The notes under the pieces: model-generated | Told to the model about the DNA's origin: nothing | The model's input: the letters and a program-made list of their open reading frames with translations, nothing else | Database searches by the model: none | DNA from: an uncultured Clostridia bacterium | GTDB lineage: Bacteria; Bacillota; Clostridia; Christensenellales; UBA1242 | Reading direction: 5' to 3' | DNA length: 64,000 nt | Assembly (NCBI GenBank): GCA_947624415.1 | Contig: CANQKH010000006.1 | Span: 13,910 to 77,909, forward strand | Shown: piece after piece, positions 36,950 through 45,906 of the stretch | Layout: every line of letters begins with the position of its first letter | Position numbering within the stretch: position 1 is the stretch's first letter | Made by a program: the position numbers and the translations under genes

Positions 36950-37609
36950 TTATTTTTTCTTCTTTTTTATGAAAATAAGGGACAAAATTATTGTAACTGC
37001 TGAAATTATTATTGTTATTCCTAAAATCAACAAACTGCTTACACCATCTGGGTCAACAAATTGCTTGTCAACATAGCCATTGTATAGACTGCCATCTTCC
37101 AATATGAATTGAACGGCTGTGTAATCTTGCTTGCTGCTGTATCCCTCATAAACAAAAATGCGAGTGTTTTTCTTTAATGTATATCCGCTGTCTTCAAAAT
37201 CGTAGTCAAAAACGGTGCAGTCTTTTCTTATTGTTGCGTTAAAGACGGGATATACAATTGGGGAGGAGTTGTTTGTGAGATAAAATTTATAAACGTAACC
37301 CTTGACATTTTCCACTTCAATATATGCAAAATCGTTAATTATCTCCAAAATATTCACAATTTGCTTGTGTTTTAATGAAATTATATTGTTATTTTCATCT
37401 AAAAGTTTGTCTGAACTAAAATCGGGAAGAGAGTAGATGTCGCATTTTGAAGTTATAACATATGCTTGTCCGCTGTCAAGTGCTTCACTTTTTGGAAAGG
37501 CACATTTAATGGGGCATAGCAATAAAAACATCAAAATTATAATGGCAGAAATTCTTTTCATGACTATATTATTCATCTTTTTAATATTTTTGTCAAGATG
37601 TTTGTGCAT
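36950..37609 (-). CDS. membrane-anchored protein with SH3-like domains
   Basis: Signal-like MKRISAIIILMFLLLCP (real start probably internal, near 37561-37576), C-terminal TM plus KKKKK. Confidence 0.45.
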   Translation of the reverse strand: MHKHLDKNIKKMNNIVMKRISAIIILMFLLLCPIKCAFPKSEALDSGQAYVITSKCDIYSLPDFSSDKLLDENNNIISLKHKQIVNILEIINDFAYIEVENVKGYVYKFYLTNNSSPIVYPVFNATIRKDCTVFDYDFEDSGYTLKKNTRIFVYEGYSSKQDYTAVQFILEDGSLYNGYVDKQFVDPDGVSSLLILGITIIISAVTIILSLIFIKKKKK

Positions 37610-37640
37610 ACTTTAATCAATTATTTGACATTATATCTTT

Positions 37641-39152
37641 ATGAAAAATACTGTTGGAAATGGGGCGTTTGTTTTGATTTTAAGCGGACTTATCTGCAAA
37701 TTTTTTGGTGGACTTTTTAGACTCCCTCTTACAAATATTGTTGGAATAGAGGGGATTGGCATTTTTCAAATGGTTATGTCCTTGTATTCGCTTGCATTGG
37801 TATTTGTGAGCGGAGGGGTTACAAATTCACTTTCAAAACTTGTTTCAAGTGCAAGGGCAAGAGGTGATAATCAAAAAATTGGCTCATATTTGAGATATGG
37901 TTTTGTGTTTACATTGTCGCTAAGCCTTATTTTGTCTTTGATTTTTATATTTTTCGCAAAGCCAATATCGTCATTTCAGGGAATAAGTCAAAATTCGGGT
38001 TGCTATTTTATCGTTGCATTAACCCTTCCGCTTGGAGGGCTTGTCGGTGCTTTGCGAGGAATATTGCAGGGGTATGAAAACATGAAGCCCACAGCAATAA
38101 GTCAAATAATAGAGCAGGTGTTAAAATTTGCATTTGGCTTGATTTTTGCATACTTTTTTTCAAAAATTGGACTTGGGGGTGTTGTTGGGGCTTTTTGCGG
38201 AATATTAACTTGTGAGGTGTTCGCACTTTTTTATCTGTTTTTTGCTACAAGCCAAAATGATAAATATTCATATGGCAGTGAGGGAAGGAATGAGTTTTTA
38301 AATGCCACCCTGCCTTTAACCTTTGGAAGTGTGATTGTGCCTTTCACTCATGCTGTCGAGGGACTATTTGCAAGCAAACTTTTAATAAAATCTGGGCTTA
38401 CAAGCGAAAGAGCGACTGCACTTTATGGAGTTCAAACGGGGGTTGTGGGTGCAATTTTAAATTTCCCCCTTATAATATCTCTTGCACTTGCTTCAAGCCT
38501 TCTTCCAAATCTTTCCTTTCTCTCTGCATCGGGGGATATTGATGGGCAAAGGAAAATTATAAAAAAATCCTTTCTGTCAATGTGGTATATTCTTCTGCCA
38601 CTTGTGGTTGGACTTGTTGCAATCTCTCAAACCCTTTATCCCATAATTTACCCAAACATAATTGACGAATATTTGAAAATTTCAACAAAAATAACAATTT
38701 TAAGCGGTTTTTCAATCATTTTTACTGCAATTATGCAATTTTTACTTTCAATTTTGCAGGCCAACGGTTACTTTAATTATTCATTATTGTTCAGCGTTTT
38801 TGGTGGCGTGGGAAAACTTTTGGTGCTTTTTGTGCTTACACCAATAAAGGGAATTTCCATATATGCACTTTCACTTTCAAATATAGTTCTTGCGTCAATA
38901 GTTTCAATTTGTATACTTTTAAAAATAGGTCATCTTATTTCATTTCCCTTTTATGATATCGTCTTGCCCATCCTTGCCTGCATAATAATGTTTATGGCTG
39001 TTAAGATATTCCTTTCACTGGTTGGGGGAATATGGGGGCTTATGCTTGCTGTAATTATTGGAATGGCTTCCTATTTCGTTTCATCACTCCCACTTTTTGT
39101 GGGCTACGCAAAAGATATATTTGCTAAACTTAAAATTAATATTGACAGATAA
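37641..39152 (+). CDS. MOP-superfamily polysaccharide/lipid II flippase (MurJ/SpoVB-like)
   Basis: 503 aa, about 14 TM helices, N-terminal GNGAFVLILSGLICKFFGGLFRLPLTNIVG typical of the family. Confidence 0.7.
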   Translation: MKNTVGNGAFVLILSGLICKFFGGLFRLPLTNIVGIEGIGIFQMVMSLYSLALVFVSGGVTNSLSKLVSSARARGDNQKIGSYLRYGFVFTLSLSLILSLIFIFFAKPISSFQGISQNSGCYFIVALTLPLGGLVGALRGILQGYENMKPTAISQIIEQVLKFAFGLIFAYFFSKIGLGGVVGAFCGILTCEVFALFYLFFATSQNDKYSYGSEGRNEFLNATLPLTFGSVIVPFTHAVEGLFASKLLIKSGLTSERATALYGVQTGVVGAILNFPLIISLALASSLLPNLSFLSASGDIDGQRKIIKKSFLSMWYILLPLVVGLVAISQTLYPIIYPNIIDEYLKISTKITILSGFSIIFTAIMQFLLSILQANGYFNYSLLFSVFGGVGKLLVLFVLTPIKGISIYALSLSNIVLASIVSICILLKIGHLISFPFYDIVLPILACIIMFMAVKIFLSLVGGIWGLMLAVIIGMASYFVSSLPLFVGYAKDIFAKLKINIDR

Positions 39153-39189
39153 AAATTTTTATGGTAAAATAATACTAAGAGGTGAAATT

Positions 39190-39696
39190 ATGAAATATAA
39201 AAGTATTTATGAAATTGGTTTAAGATATAGGTCGCTTTTTGGCATATACAATGCGACTGAAAAACTTCCTGTTTTTGAAAATGTTGAGGAATTTAAAAGT
39301 TATACATTTCCAAAACAGATTGATTTCCAAAAAGCCACTCAAGAATTATATGATATGAGAAGCGAGGAAGAAAAATATAATTATGGCGATGATGCTGTTT
39401 GGAGAAAGTGCGAAAGAGCGGTAAAAAGCCAAATAAGTGCCGACCTTGCAGCAAAAAGAGCAGTTATGTTGGAAGAAGCACAACACTTTGACAAAAATGT
39501 TGTTGGCTTGAAGGAAGAACGCACTATTGGAAGATTGGATGAAACAGGTTATTATTTCCTTGGCTTGTTTGCAAACGAAGACGTAGCACGCAAATGTGTG
39601 GATGTGCTTGTTGAACGCGATTTGTCAAGCGAAGATAAAGTTGTATTTTTAAATGAAGAAGGAGTAGACCTTCACCAAGACATTGAAAAGGAATAA
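39190..39696 (+). CDS. hypothetical protein
   Basis: 168 aa from ATG 39190 (AGAGGTG RBS); the track extension to 39058 overlaps the flippase gene. Confidence 0.45.
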   Translation: MKYKSIYEIGLRYRSLFGIYNATEKLPVFENVEEFKSYTFPKQIDFQKATQELYDMRSEEEKYNYGDDAVWRKCERAVKSQISADLAAKRAVMLEEAQHFDKNVVGLKEERTIGRLDETGYYFLGLFANEDVARKCVDVLVERDLSSEDKVVFLNEEGVDLHQDIEKE

Positions 39697-39706
39697 GTTT
39701 ATTTAG

Positions 39707-39735
39707 AAGGAAAGATATTGTCTTTCCTTTTTTTG
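39707..39735 (+). terminator. intrinsic terminator
   Basis: AAGGAAAGA-TATTG-TCTTTCCTT followed by TTTTT. Confidence 0.65.
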
Positions 39736-39789
39736 TTTGCATTAAATATATTATTATGATATACTTTTAAAGATAAAATGGAGGAAAAG

Positions 39790-40050
39790 ATGAGATACAC
39801 ATACAAAACAAATGGCGTTTGCTCGTCAAAGATTGAGTTTGATATTAATGATGATGTTATTACAAACATCGCCTTTACTGGAGGTTGCAACGGAAATTTA
39901 AAGGCTCTTTCAAAGGTGCTTGATGGTTGGACAGTGGGTCAAATTGTTGAAAAATTGAAGGGTAATTTGTGCGGTTTTAGGTCAACTTCATGTGCTGACC
40001 AATTGGCACAAGCAGTTCAAAAAGCAAGTGAAGAAATGAGAAAAAATTAA
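39790..40050 (+). CDS. TSCPD-domain small protein (TIGR03905-like)
   Basis: CSSKIEFDI...ITNIAFTGGCNGNLKALSKVL...CGFRSTSCADQLAQAV; GGAGG before the ATG at 39790. Confidence 0.65.
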   Translation: MRYTYKTNGVCSSKIEFDINDDVITNIAFTGGCNGNLKALSKVLDGWTVGQIVEKLKGNLCGFRSTSCADQLAQAVQKASEEMRKN

Positions 40051-40097
40051 AAAAATAGCAAAAAAACACGTTTTTTGACTGTTTTTAAGGAGAAAAA

Positions 40098-40505
40098 ATG
40101 AAATTTTCGCATAAAGTTCAATATTATGAAACGGATAAGATGCAAATTACACATCATTCCAATTATATAAGATTTATGGAGGAGGCAAGAAGTTCTTTTC
40201 TTGAAAATGTTGGGTATAGTTACAAGCGAATGGAAGAAGAAAACATTGTGTCGCCGGTGATTGATGTCCATGCTAAATTTGTAAAAAGCACAACTTATGG
40301 TGATGTTATTGATATTAACGTTGGAGTGAAGGATTTGACGCCTGCCGTTGTTACAATTGGTTATACAATGTATGTTGACGGCGAAATTGTGTGCGTGGGT
40401 GAAAGTAAACACTGCTTTTTAAAAGAGGGCAGGCCGACTGCAATAAAAAAGGTAAACATGGGCTTGTATGAAATGTTTTTGAAATATAAAGAGGAAAAAT
40501 TATGA
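40098..40505 (+). CDS. acyl-CoA thioesterase (4HBT/YbgC hotdog family)
   Basis: VQYYETDKMQITHHSNYIRFMEEAR motif, 135 aa. Confidence 0.75.
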   Translation: MKFSHKVQYYETDKMQITHHSNYIRFMEEARSSFLENVGYSYKRMEEENIVSPVIDVHAKFVKSTTYGDVIDINVGVKDLTPAVVTIGYTMYVDGEIVCVGESKHCFLKEGRPTAIKKVNMGLYEMFLKYKEEKL

Positions 40506-41020
40506 GGGATGTGGAACTGTATTGTCCAAGTTTAGAAGAACTCTTTTTTAGGCAACAACTCCTCAACGATTCAAAAACTATGGAATATAATGCAGGATAT
40601 AATGTCGATTATTATGGCTATAATTATAATAGTGGTCAAATAGATTTTCCAAAAACAAAGTGGGAGGAGTGGTATAACAAACACATAAACAACACCTCAT
40701 TTTTCTATGCTTACATTAAGGACGTTGCCCTAGATAAATTTGTTGGAGAGGTGAATTTTTCTAAAAATGGTGATTTTGCAAGTATGGGCATTGTCATCAA
40801 ATATGAATTTCGTGGCAAAGGATATATGCGTCCAACTCTCGATAAACTTATATTAAAAGCGAGGGAAATGGGTGTAAAATTTCTTACTGACACAATTCCA
40901 TATACGCGAGAAAATGCTTTACGAGTCTTTTACGATTACGGGTTCAAGGTGAAGGAAGATGAAATTTTGAAAAAATTTAATAAAGAGGAAAAGGTGGCAA
41001 AAATTGTATTAGAACTTTAA
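40502..41020 (+). CDS. GNAT family N-acetyltransferase
   Basis: IKYEFRGKGYMRPTLDKLILKAREMG acetyl-CoA-binding pattern; 4-nt overlap with upstream gene. Confidence 0.7.
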   Translation: MRDVELYCPSLEELFFRQQLLNDSKTMEYNAGYNVDYYGYNYNSGQIDFPKTKWEEWYNKHINNTSFFYAYIKDVALDKFVGEVNFSKNGDFASMGIVIKYEFRGKGYMRPTLDKLILKAREMGVKFLTDTIPYTRENALRVFYDYGFKVKEDEILKKFNKEEKVAKIVLEL

Positions 41021-41031
41021 AATTAAATAAT

Positions 41032-41064
41032 TCTCTCTTGATTGTTTCAAGAGGGATTTTTTTT
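41032..41064 (+). terminator. intrinsic terminator
   Basis: TCTCTCTTGA-TTGTT-TCAAGAGGGA followed by T8. Confidence 0.65.
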
Positions 41065-41210
41065 ATTTAAAGACCCCACAACAAATTAAACATATTTGCT
41101 GAAAAAAGATAAACTTTTAATATAGAAAATGTTTAAAAATTTATAAAATGATATTATATTGCCAAGCAGGATTGAAACTAAGTGCATAAATAATATATTG
41201 GGAGGTTAAT

Positions 41211-42065
41211 ATGTTTTTTAAAGGTGTTTGCACTGCTCTTATAACACCCTTCGACAGAAATTGCAAGGTTGATTTTAAGGCGCTTAGAAAATTGCTTGAT
41301 TTTCAAATACAAAATGGGGTCAAAAATGTTTTATTGTTGGGGTCAACGGGCGAAGGTGAGGCCCTTACTCAAAAGGAGAGAGATGAAATTGTTGAATTTG
41401 CAAGATTTATATTGCCCAAAAAGATAAAATTAATTGTTGGTGCAGGCTCAAATACACCTGAAAAATCAATTTCGCTTATCCAACAAGCGGAGAAATTTGG
41501 TGCGGATTGCTGCCTCGTTCAAACTCCATATTTCAATCGTTGCACCCAACATGGTATAGTTGAACATTTTCAAAAAATTTGTGAAAATGTTGAAATGCCA
41601 CTTATTGTTTACAATATTCCATCACGTTCTGGGGTGGATATTTTGCCAAAAACAATGACCGAACTTGAAAAATTTGAAAATATAGTTGGACTAAAAGAGG
41701 CAAATGGAAATATTGACCATATTCTTGATATGTTTAATAAAGTTGGAGACCGACTGCCAATATATTGCGGAAATGATAATCTTAACTATATTTTTAAATG
41801 CCTTGGTGGTGCGGGAACAATTTCTGTTACAAGCAATGTATTTCCAAAAGAGATTAATGATGTTTTTGAGGGCAAAAAGGAGGTTGACGATAAACTTTTT
41901 GACTTCAACAAACTTATGTTTTGCCAGCCAAACCCCATACCTATCAAATATGCAGTGAGCAAACTTGGACTTGCACAAAACAATCTCCGCTTACCACTTA
42001 CACGCCTTTCCAAAAATTTTCAAATTAAAGTGGGGGCTGAAATGAAAAAATTGGGGGCAATATGA
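41211..42065 (+). CDS. dapA: 4-hydroxy-tetrahydrodipicolinate synthase
   Basis: ALITPF, GSTGEGEAL, YNIPSRSG, GLKEANG motifs. Confidence 0.9.
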   Translation: MFFKGVCTALITPFDRNCKVDFKALRKLLDFQIQNGVKNVLLLGSTGEGEALTQKERDEIVEFARFILPKKIKLIVGAGSNTPEKSISLIQQAEKFGADCCLVQTPYFNRCTQHGIVEHFQKICENVEMPLIVYNIPSRSGVDILPKTMTELEKFENIVGLKEANGNIDHILDMFNKVGDRLPIYCGNDNLNYIFKCLGGAGTISVTSNVFPKEINDVFEGKKEVDDKLFDFNKLMFCQPNPIPIKYAVSKLGLAQNNLRLPLTRLSKNFQIKVGAEMKKLGAI

Positions 42066-42709
42066 AGGTTTTATTGATTGGTTGCAACGGAAAAATGGGA
42101 AAAGAAATGGCAGCACTTTTAAATGAACGTGGGATTGAATTTTTGGGAATAGACAAAGAAAACAGAGATGATGCAATAAATTTTTCACCCGATGTGGCAC
42201 TGGATTTTTCATCAAGTGCCTGCCTTGAAGAAAATTTGATTTTGTCATCATCTAAGGGTTGTCCCATAGTGATTGCGACAACAAATCACAATGAAAATAA
42301 TATTAAACTTATAGAGAAATATAAAAATGAAATTCCAATATTTCTATCGACAAATTTTAGTATTTTGTTTAATTTGATGTTAAAAATGCTAAAAAACATC
42401 AAAAAAATCGATAATTTTGATATAATTGTCGAAGAAACGCATCATAAACATAAAAAAGATTCACCAAGCGGCTCGTGTAAAGAGATTATTAAAACTCTGT
42501 CGCAAGAGGGTTTTTTTCCTCAAGTGTGTGCGTATAGAGTGGGCGAAATTGTGGGAGAACATAGCGTTAAAGTGGTTTTTAACAATGAGATTTTGCAAAT
42601 TTCTCACACCGCACTAAATCGAAGGGTGTTTTGCGAAGGGGCACTTAATGCCTGCCAATTTGTCATATCAAAAAAGAGCGGACTTTATTGTATGAACGAC
42701 ATTCTTTAA
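42062..42709 (+). CDS. dapB: 4-hydroxy-tetrahydrodipicolinate reductase (short form)
   Basis: KVLLIGCNGKMGKEM, EETHHKHKKDSPSGS (E-x-HH-x-x-K-x-D-x-PSG); ATGA overlap with dapA. Confidence 0.8.
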   Translation: MKVLLIGCNGKMGKEMAALLNERGIEFLGIDKENRDDAINFSPDVALDFSSSACLEENLILSSSKGCPIVIATTNHNENNIKLIEKYKNEIPIFLSTNFSILFNLMLKMLKNIKKIDNFDIIVEETHHKHKKDSPSGSCKEIIKTLSQEGFFPQVCAYRVGEIVGEHSVKVVFNNEILQISHTALNRRVFCEGALNACQFVISKKSGLYCMNDIL

Positions 42710-42759
42710 AAATTGTAGACTTTTATTACCTTTTATGATATACTCATAAAGGGTTTTTT

Positions 42760-43548
42760 ATGAATATTGTAAGTTATAATATAAATGGTATTCGTTCTAG
42801 TTTTAAAAAGGGGTTGCTTGACTGGATAAAAGAATTTGATGCCGATGTCTATTGCTTTCAAGAGGTAAGGGCGGATGAAAATATTGTAAAAAATTTGCTT
42901 TTCGGCGAGGGACAGGTTGATATGTTTTCAAACAAAGACAAGCCCTGCAATTATATTGCCCTTTTAAATTGTGGTGGCAGACCAGGATATGCCGGAACTG
43001 CCATTCTTTGCAAACATAAGCCAGACAATGTGCTTTATGATATGGAGGAATTTTGGCATGACGAAGAGGGGAGAACGCTTACTGCAATTTTTGGTAATAT
43101 TGCTATTGTCAACACCTATGTCCCAAACGGCAATTCTCGTCTTGACTTTAAAATGCAATATTTGAAGGCTTTAACAAAATTTATAAAGAAAATGCGAGAA
43201 AGGTATAAGGTGGTATGCCTGGGAGATTTCAATATTGCACACAATGAAATTGACTTGACAAATCCTAAGGAATGTAAAAACAAATCTGTGTTTTTGCCTG
43301 TTGAAAGAGAGGCTTTTGGGGAAATTTTAAAGGTGGGACTGGTTGACAGTTTTAGATTGTGCAACCCCACAAAAAGGGAATATTCATGGCGAAGTTATCG
43401 CTCAATAAATGACAGCCAACATAATGGATGGAAATATAGAATTGATTATGTGCTTGTTGACCAAGGACTAAAAGAGAATATTTCCTCTGCAAATATACTC
43501 GACCTTGCTTATAGTGATCACCTGCCTGCTGTGGCGGAAATTAAATAA
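42760..43548 (+). CDS. xth: exodeoxyribonuclease III
   Basis: SYNINGIRS, CFQEV, GDFNIAH, WRSYR, YSDHLP. Confidence 0.9.
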   Translation: MNIVSYNINGIRSSFKKGLLDWIKEFDADVYCFQEVRADENIVKNLLFGEGQVDMFSNKDKPCNYIALLNCGGRPGYAGTAILCKHKPDNVLYDMEEFWHDEEGRTLTAIFGNIAIVNTYVPNGNSRLDFKMQYLKALTKFIKKMRERYKVVCLGDFNIAHNEIDLTNPKECKNKSVFLPVEREAFGEILKVGLVDSFRLCNPTKREYSWRSYRSINDSQHNGWKYRIDYVLVDQGLKENISSANILDLAYSDHLPAVAEIK

Positions 43549-43632
43549 AAAGAGTGATAATTTATCAAAAAATAGTTAAAAAACAATAAAAAACCAGTAA
43601 AAAAGTGGAATTTTGCAAAAAAAAAGAGAAAA

Positions 43633-43901
43633 ATGTTAAAAGCGTTGACAATTAAAGATAGTGAAGAATTTTTGAGGCAGATTTCAAAACCTGTTGATTT
43701 ACTGTTTTGTCTCATGAACTTGACCATTTAGAGGGCATTTTTCATTTTGACAGAGCAAAAAAGGTGCTTGTTATGCCGGCATCAGAAAGGGCCGAGTTTA
43801 GAAAAACTCATGGCTACAAAATAATATCAAAAACCTGTGAATTTAAATATAAGGAGTTGAAGAATGACAATAGGGATAGATTTGGACGGAGTGCTTTTTG
43901 A
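43633..43901 (+). pseudogene. def: peptide deformylase remnant (internal deletion plus frameshift)
   Basis: Frame 1 MLKALTIKDSEEFLRQISKPVD (Def N-terminus) runs into a stop at 43731; another frame from 43707 reads SHELDHLEGIFHFDRA (Def motif 3). Motifs 1 (GxGxAAxQ) and 2 (EGCLS) are absent. Confidence 0.55.
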
Positions 43902-44451
43902 CAGTGAAAGTTGGTATAGGTCATATGCCGAGTTGTATGATATAAAACTTAATCGTGAGGGAAGTTATAATGACAAAGAAATGATTGTTGAAAATAAGTA
44001 TAATTGGACAACCCAAGAATTTAAACAATTTATTGATGAATGCTTGCCCACAATAACATTGGATGCACCCCTAAAACCTTATGCCAAAGAGGTTTTAAAA
44101 CTTTTGAAGGCAAGAGGTCATAAACTTATTATTGTAAGTGCAAGGGGTGATTTAAGTGATTGGGAAGTTGGAGCAACATATGAGAGGCTTAAAAAAGAGG
44201 GGCTGGCTTTTGATAAAATCTACTTAAACCAGACAAACAAGGCTATAACGTGTAAAGAAGAAGGAGTTGACGTTATGATTGAGGATTCAATAAATAATGT
44301 CAACCTGCTTGCTCAAAATGAAATAAGGTGTTTGTATTTTAGAGAGTTGCCTTCCCCATCATCAAATAATAGTTATATAACTGAAATATATTCATGGGGC
44401 GAGGCTTATAGAAAAATATTGGAAATGGAAGAGGCTGAAAAGAAAAATTAA
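43864..44451 (+). CDS. HAD-superfamily hydrolase (5'(3')-deoxyribonucleotidase-like)
   Basis: IGIDLDGVLFDS (DxDxV), VSAR, IEDS; AAGGAG RBS. Confidence 0.6.
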   Translation: MTIGIDLDGVLFDSESWYRSYAELYDIKLNREGSYNDKEMIVENKYNWTTQEFKQFIDECLPTITLDAPLKPYAKEVLKLLKARGHKLIIVSARGDLSDWEVGATYERLKKEGLAFDKIYLNQTNKAITCKEEGVDVMIEDSINNVNLLAQNEIRCLYFRELPSPSSNNSYITEIYSWGEAYRKILEMEEAEKKN

Positions 44452-44694
44452 TGGCAAAAGCCAAGCGACATTAAAAATTTTTTTTAAATTTAATTTATTA
44501 AAGTTTGAAGTGTTTATCCGTTTGTGAAGGTTTCATTAAGCAAAAATTAAGTGAAAAACACGTTTAAATGGTGATTTTTTGCAAAAAAGCCTAAATCTTT
44601 TAAATTTATAGTTTTTTGCAACAAAAATATTAAAAGATATAAAAATTTGCTTAGCAAAATAAAATTTATTTGTTATAATAAAAAAGGAGGCAAT

Positions 44695-45486
44695 ATGAAA
44701 TTACATATTTTAGGGACTGGCCATGCAATGACATTTAAAAATTATAACACCTGCTATGTTATTGAGGAAAATGGTCAATTTATGCTTGTTGATGCAGGTG
44801 GAGGAAATAGAATTATAACAAGGCTTGGCGAGGCGGAAATTGATATTGTAAAGATAGATTACGCATTTTGCACTCACACCCACACCGACCATTTGCTGGG
44901 TTTTGCATGGGTTGTAAGATTGAATTATCATGCATTTAAAGCAGGCCTTAGAGAAACACCATTCACCATTGTTGGCAGTCATGAATGCGTGTCGGCAATC
45001 AAAACTTTGGCAAAAATAACTTTAGGTGAAAGTGCATATGATAGTGTTATAGATAAGAAAATTTTGTTCAAAGAGGTTAAAAATGGCGAAAAAATGCAAA
45101 TTTTAGGGCTAAATTTTCAATTTTTTGATACTTACGCTGTTGATATGCCTCAAATGGGCTTTTATATTGAAGAAAAAGATTTTGTTTTTGCGGGTGATGT
45201 TCCGCTGAATGAAAGATATTTTGAAAAGTTTAACAATGCCAAATATCTTTGCCTTGAAGCACTTTGTTCTGTAAACGAATTAAAAAAGGGTGGACTTCCA
45301 AACAAACATTTCCCAGTTGTTAAATCGGCAGAAACTGCTCAAAAAATTCATGCTCAAAATTTGATTTTATGGCACACGGCAGACAGACTTCCAAACAGAC
45401 AAGAGGTTTATTTGAAAGAGGCAAAAAGTGTATATGATGGAAATGTAATAGTTCCAAATGACCTTGACGTTGTGGAAATAATTTAA
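44695..45486 (+). CDS. MBL-fold metallo-hydrolase (RNase Z/BN-like)
   Basis: LHILGTGHA, VDAGGG, CTHTHTDHLLG (HxHxDH); AAGGAGG before the ATG at 44695. Confidence 0.7.
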   Translation: MKLHILGTGHAMTFKNYNTCYVIEENGQFMLVDAGGGNRIITRLGEAEIDIVKIDYAFCTHTHTDHLLGFAWVVRLNYHAFKAGLRETPFTIVGSHECVSAIKTLAKITLGESAYDSVIDKKILFKEVKNGEKMQILGLNFQFFDTYAVDMPQMGFYIEEKDFVFAGDVPLNERYFEKFNNAKYLCLEALCSVNELKKGGLPNKHFPVVKSAETAQKIHAQNLILWHTADRLPNRQEVYLKEAKSVYDGNVIVPNDLDVVEII

Positions 45487-45580
45487 GCCTACTACATATT
45501 AAAAAATAATTGCATTTTTATTGGCACAAATCTCATATGAAATTCATATGAAATTTATATAAAAAATTTTGAAAAAACTG

Positions 45581-45609
45581 TTGACAAATATTTTTTAATG
45601 TGTTATTAT
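45581..45609 (+). promoter_or_regulatory. extended -10 promoter driving the Y-RNA-like genes
   Basis: TTGACA (45581-45586), 17 nt, TGT-TATTAT (45601-45609); predicted start near G45616. Confidence 0.6.
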
Positions 45610-45615
45610 AATACT

Positions 45616-45708
45616 GCCGTAGTGTAGAGAACAGTTACTTCGTCATTAAGGATTTGCCCGACGATCGACGGTCGGGCAGTGCTGTTCTCGCCCTTTCTCG
45701 GCAATTTT
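45616..45708 (+). ncRNA. Y-RNA-like structured RNA 1
   Basis: 5'/3' closing stem GCCG/CGGC (45616-19 / 45699-702), internal loop UAGUGUA vs GCCCUUUCU, 8-bp stem GAGAACAG/CTGTTCTC (45627-34 / 45682-89), inner 8-bp hairpin TGCCCGAC/GTCGGGCA; adjacent to a TROVE gene. Confidence 0.6.
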
Positions 45709-45716
45709 AAATATTC

Positions 45717-45815
45717 TGGTTGTGGTAGTGTGGATAAGAGTTACTTCGGTCAATTGTATTCTCCTGCTTGCAGGAGAGAGATCCCTTATCGCCTTTATTC
45801 TCCACAACTCCATTT
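45717..45815 (+). ncRNA. Y-RNA-like structured RNA 2 (paralog of RNA 1)
   Basis: Same architecture with different stem sequences: GTTGTGG/CCACAAC, loop UAGUGUG vs GCCUUUAUUCU, GATAAG-G/C-CTTATC, inner hairpin CTCCTG-CTTG-CAGGAG; shares GTAGTGTrGA..AGTTACTTCG with RNA 1. Confidence 0.6.
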
Positions 45816-45818
45816 TTA

Positions 45819-45846
45819 AAGTTGCCTTTTCGGGCAACTTTTTATA
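45819..45846 (+). terminator. intrinsic terminator after the Y-RNA-like genes
   Basis: GTTGCC-TTTTCG-GGCAAC followed by TTTTT. Confidence 0.65.
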
Positions 45847-45906
45847 TTGTAATAACTTACTAAGTAAAAACATAAAAAGAAAATAATAAGTAATAAGGAG
45901 GAAAGT

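Noticed and set aside
34664-37609. Prophage tail-fibre locus
   Set aside because: The fibre-like architecture is suggestive. However, no capsid, portal, terminase, tape-measure, lysin or integrase genes flank it. The neighbours are an alpha/beta hydrolase and a MOP flippase.
41065-41210. Lysine (L-box) riboswitch or T-box upstream of dapA
   Set aside because: The spacer is short and AT-rich, without the conserved L-box or T-box elements. Only the upstream terminator is evident.
45646-45873. 75-aa minus-strand ORF from the ORF track
   Set aside because: It lies antisense across two strongly structured RNA modules that have their own promoter and terminator. It has no RBS and a Pro/Arg/Thr-rich composition typical of a spurious frame.
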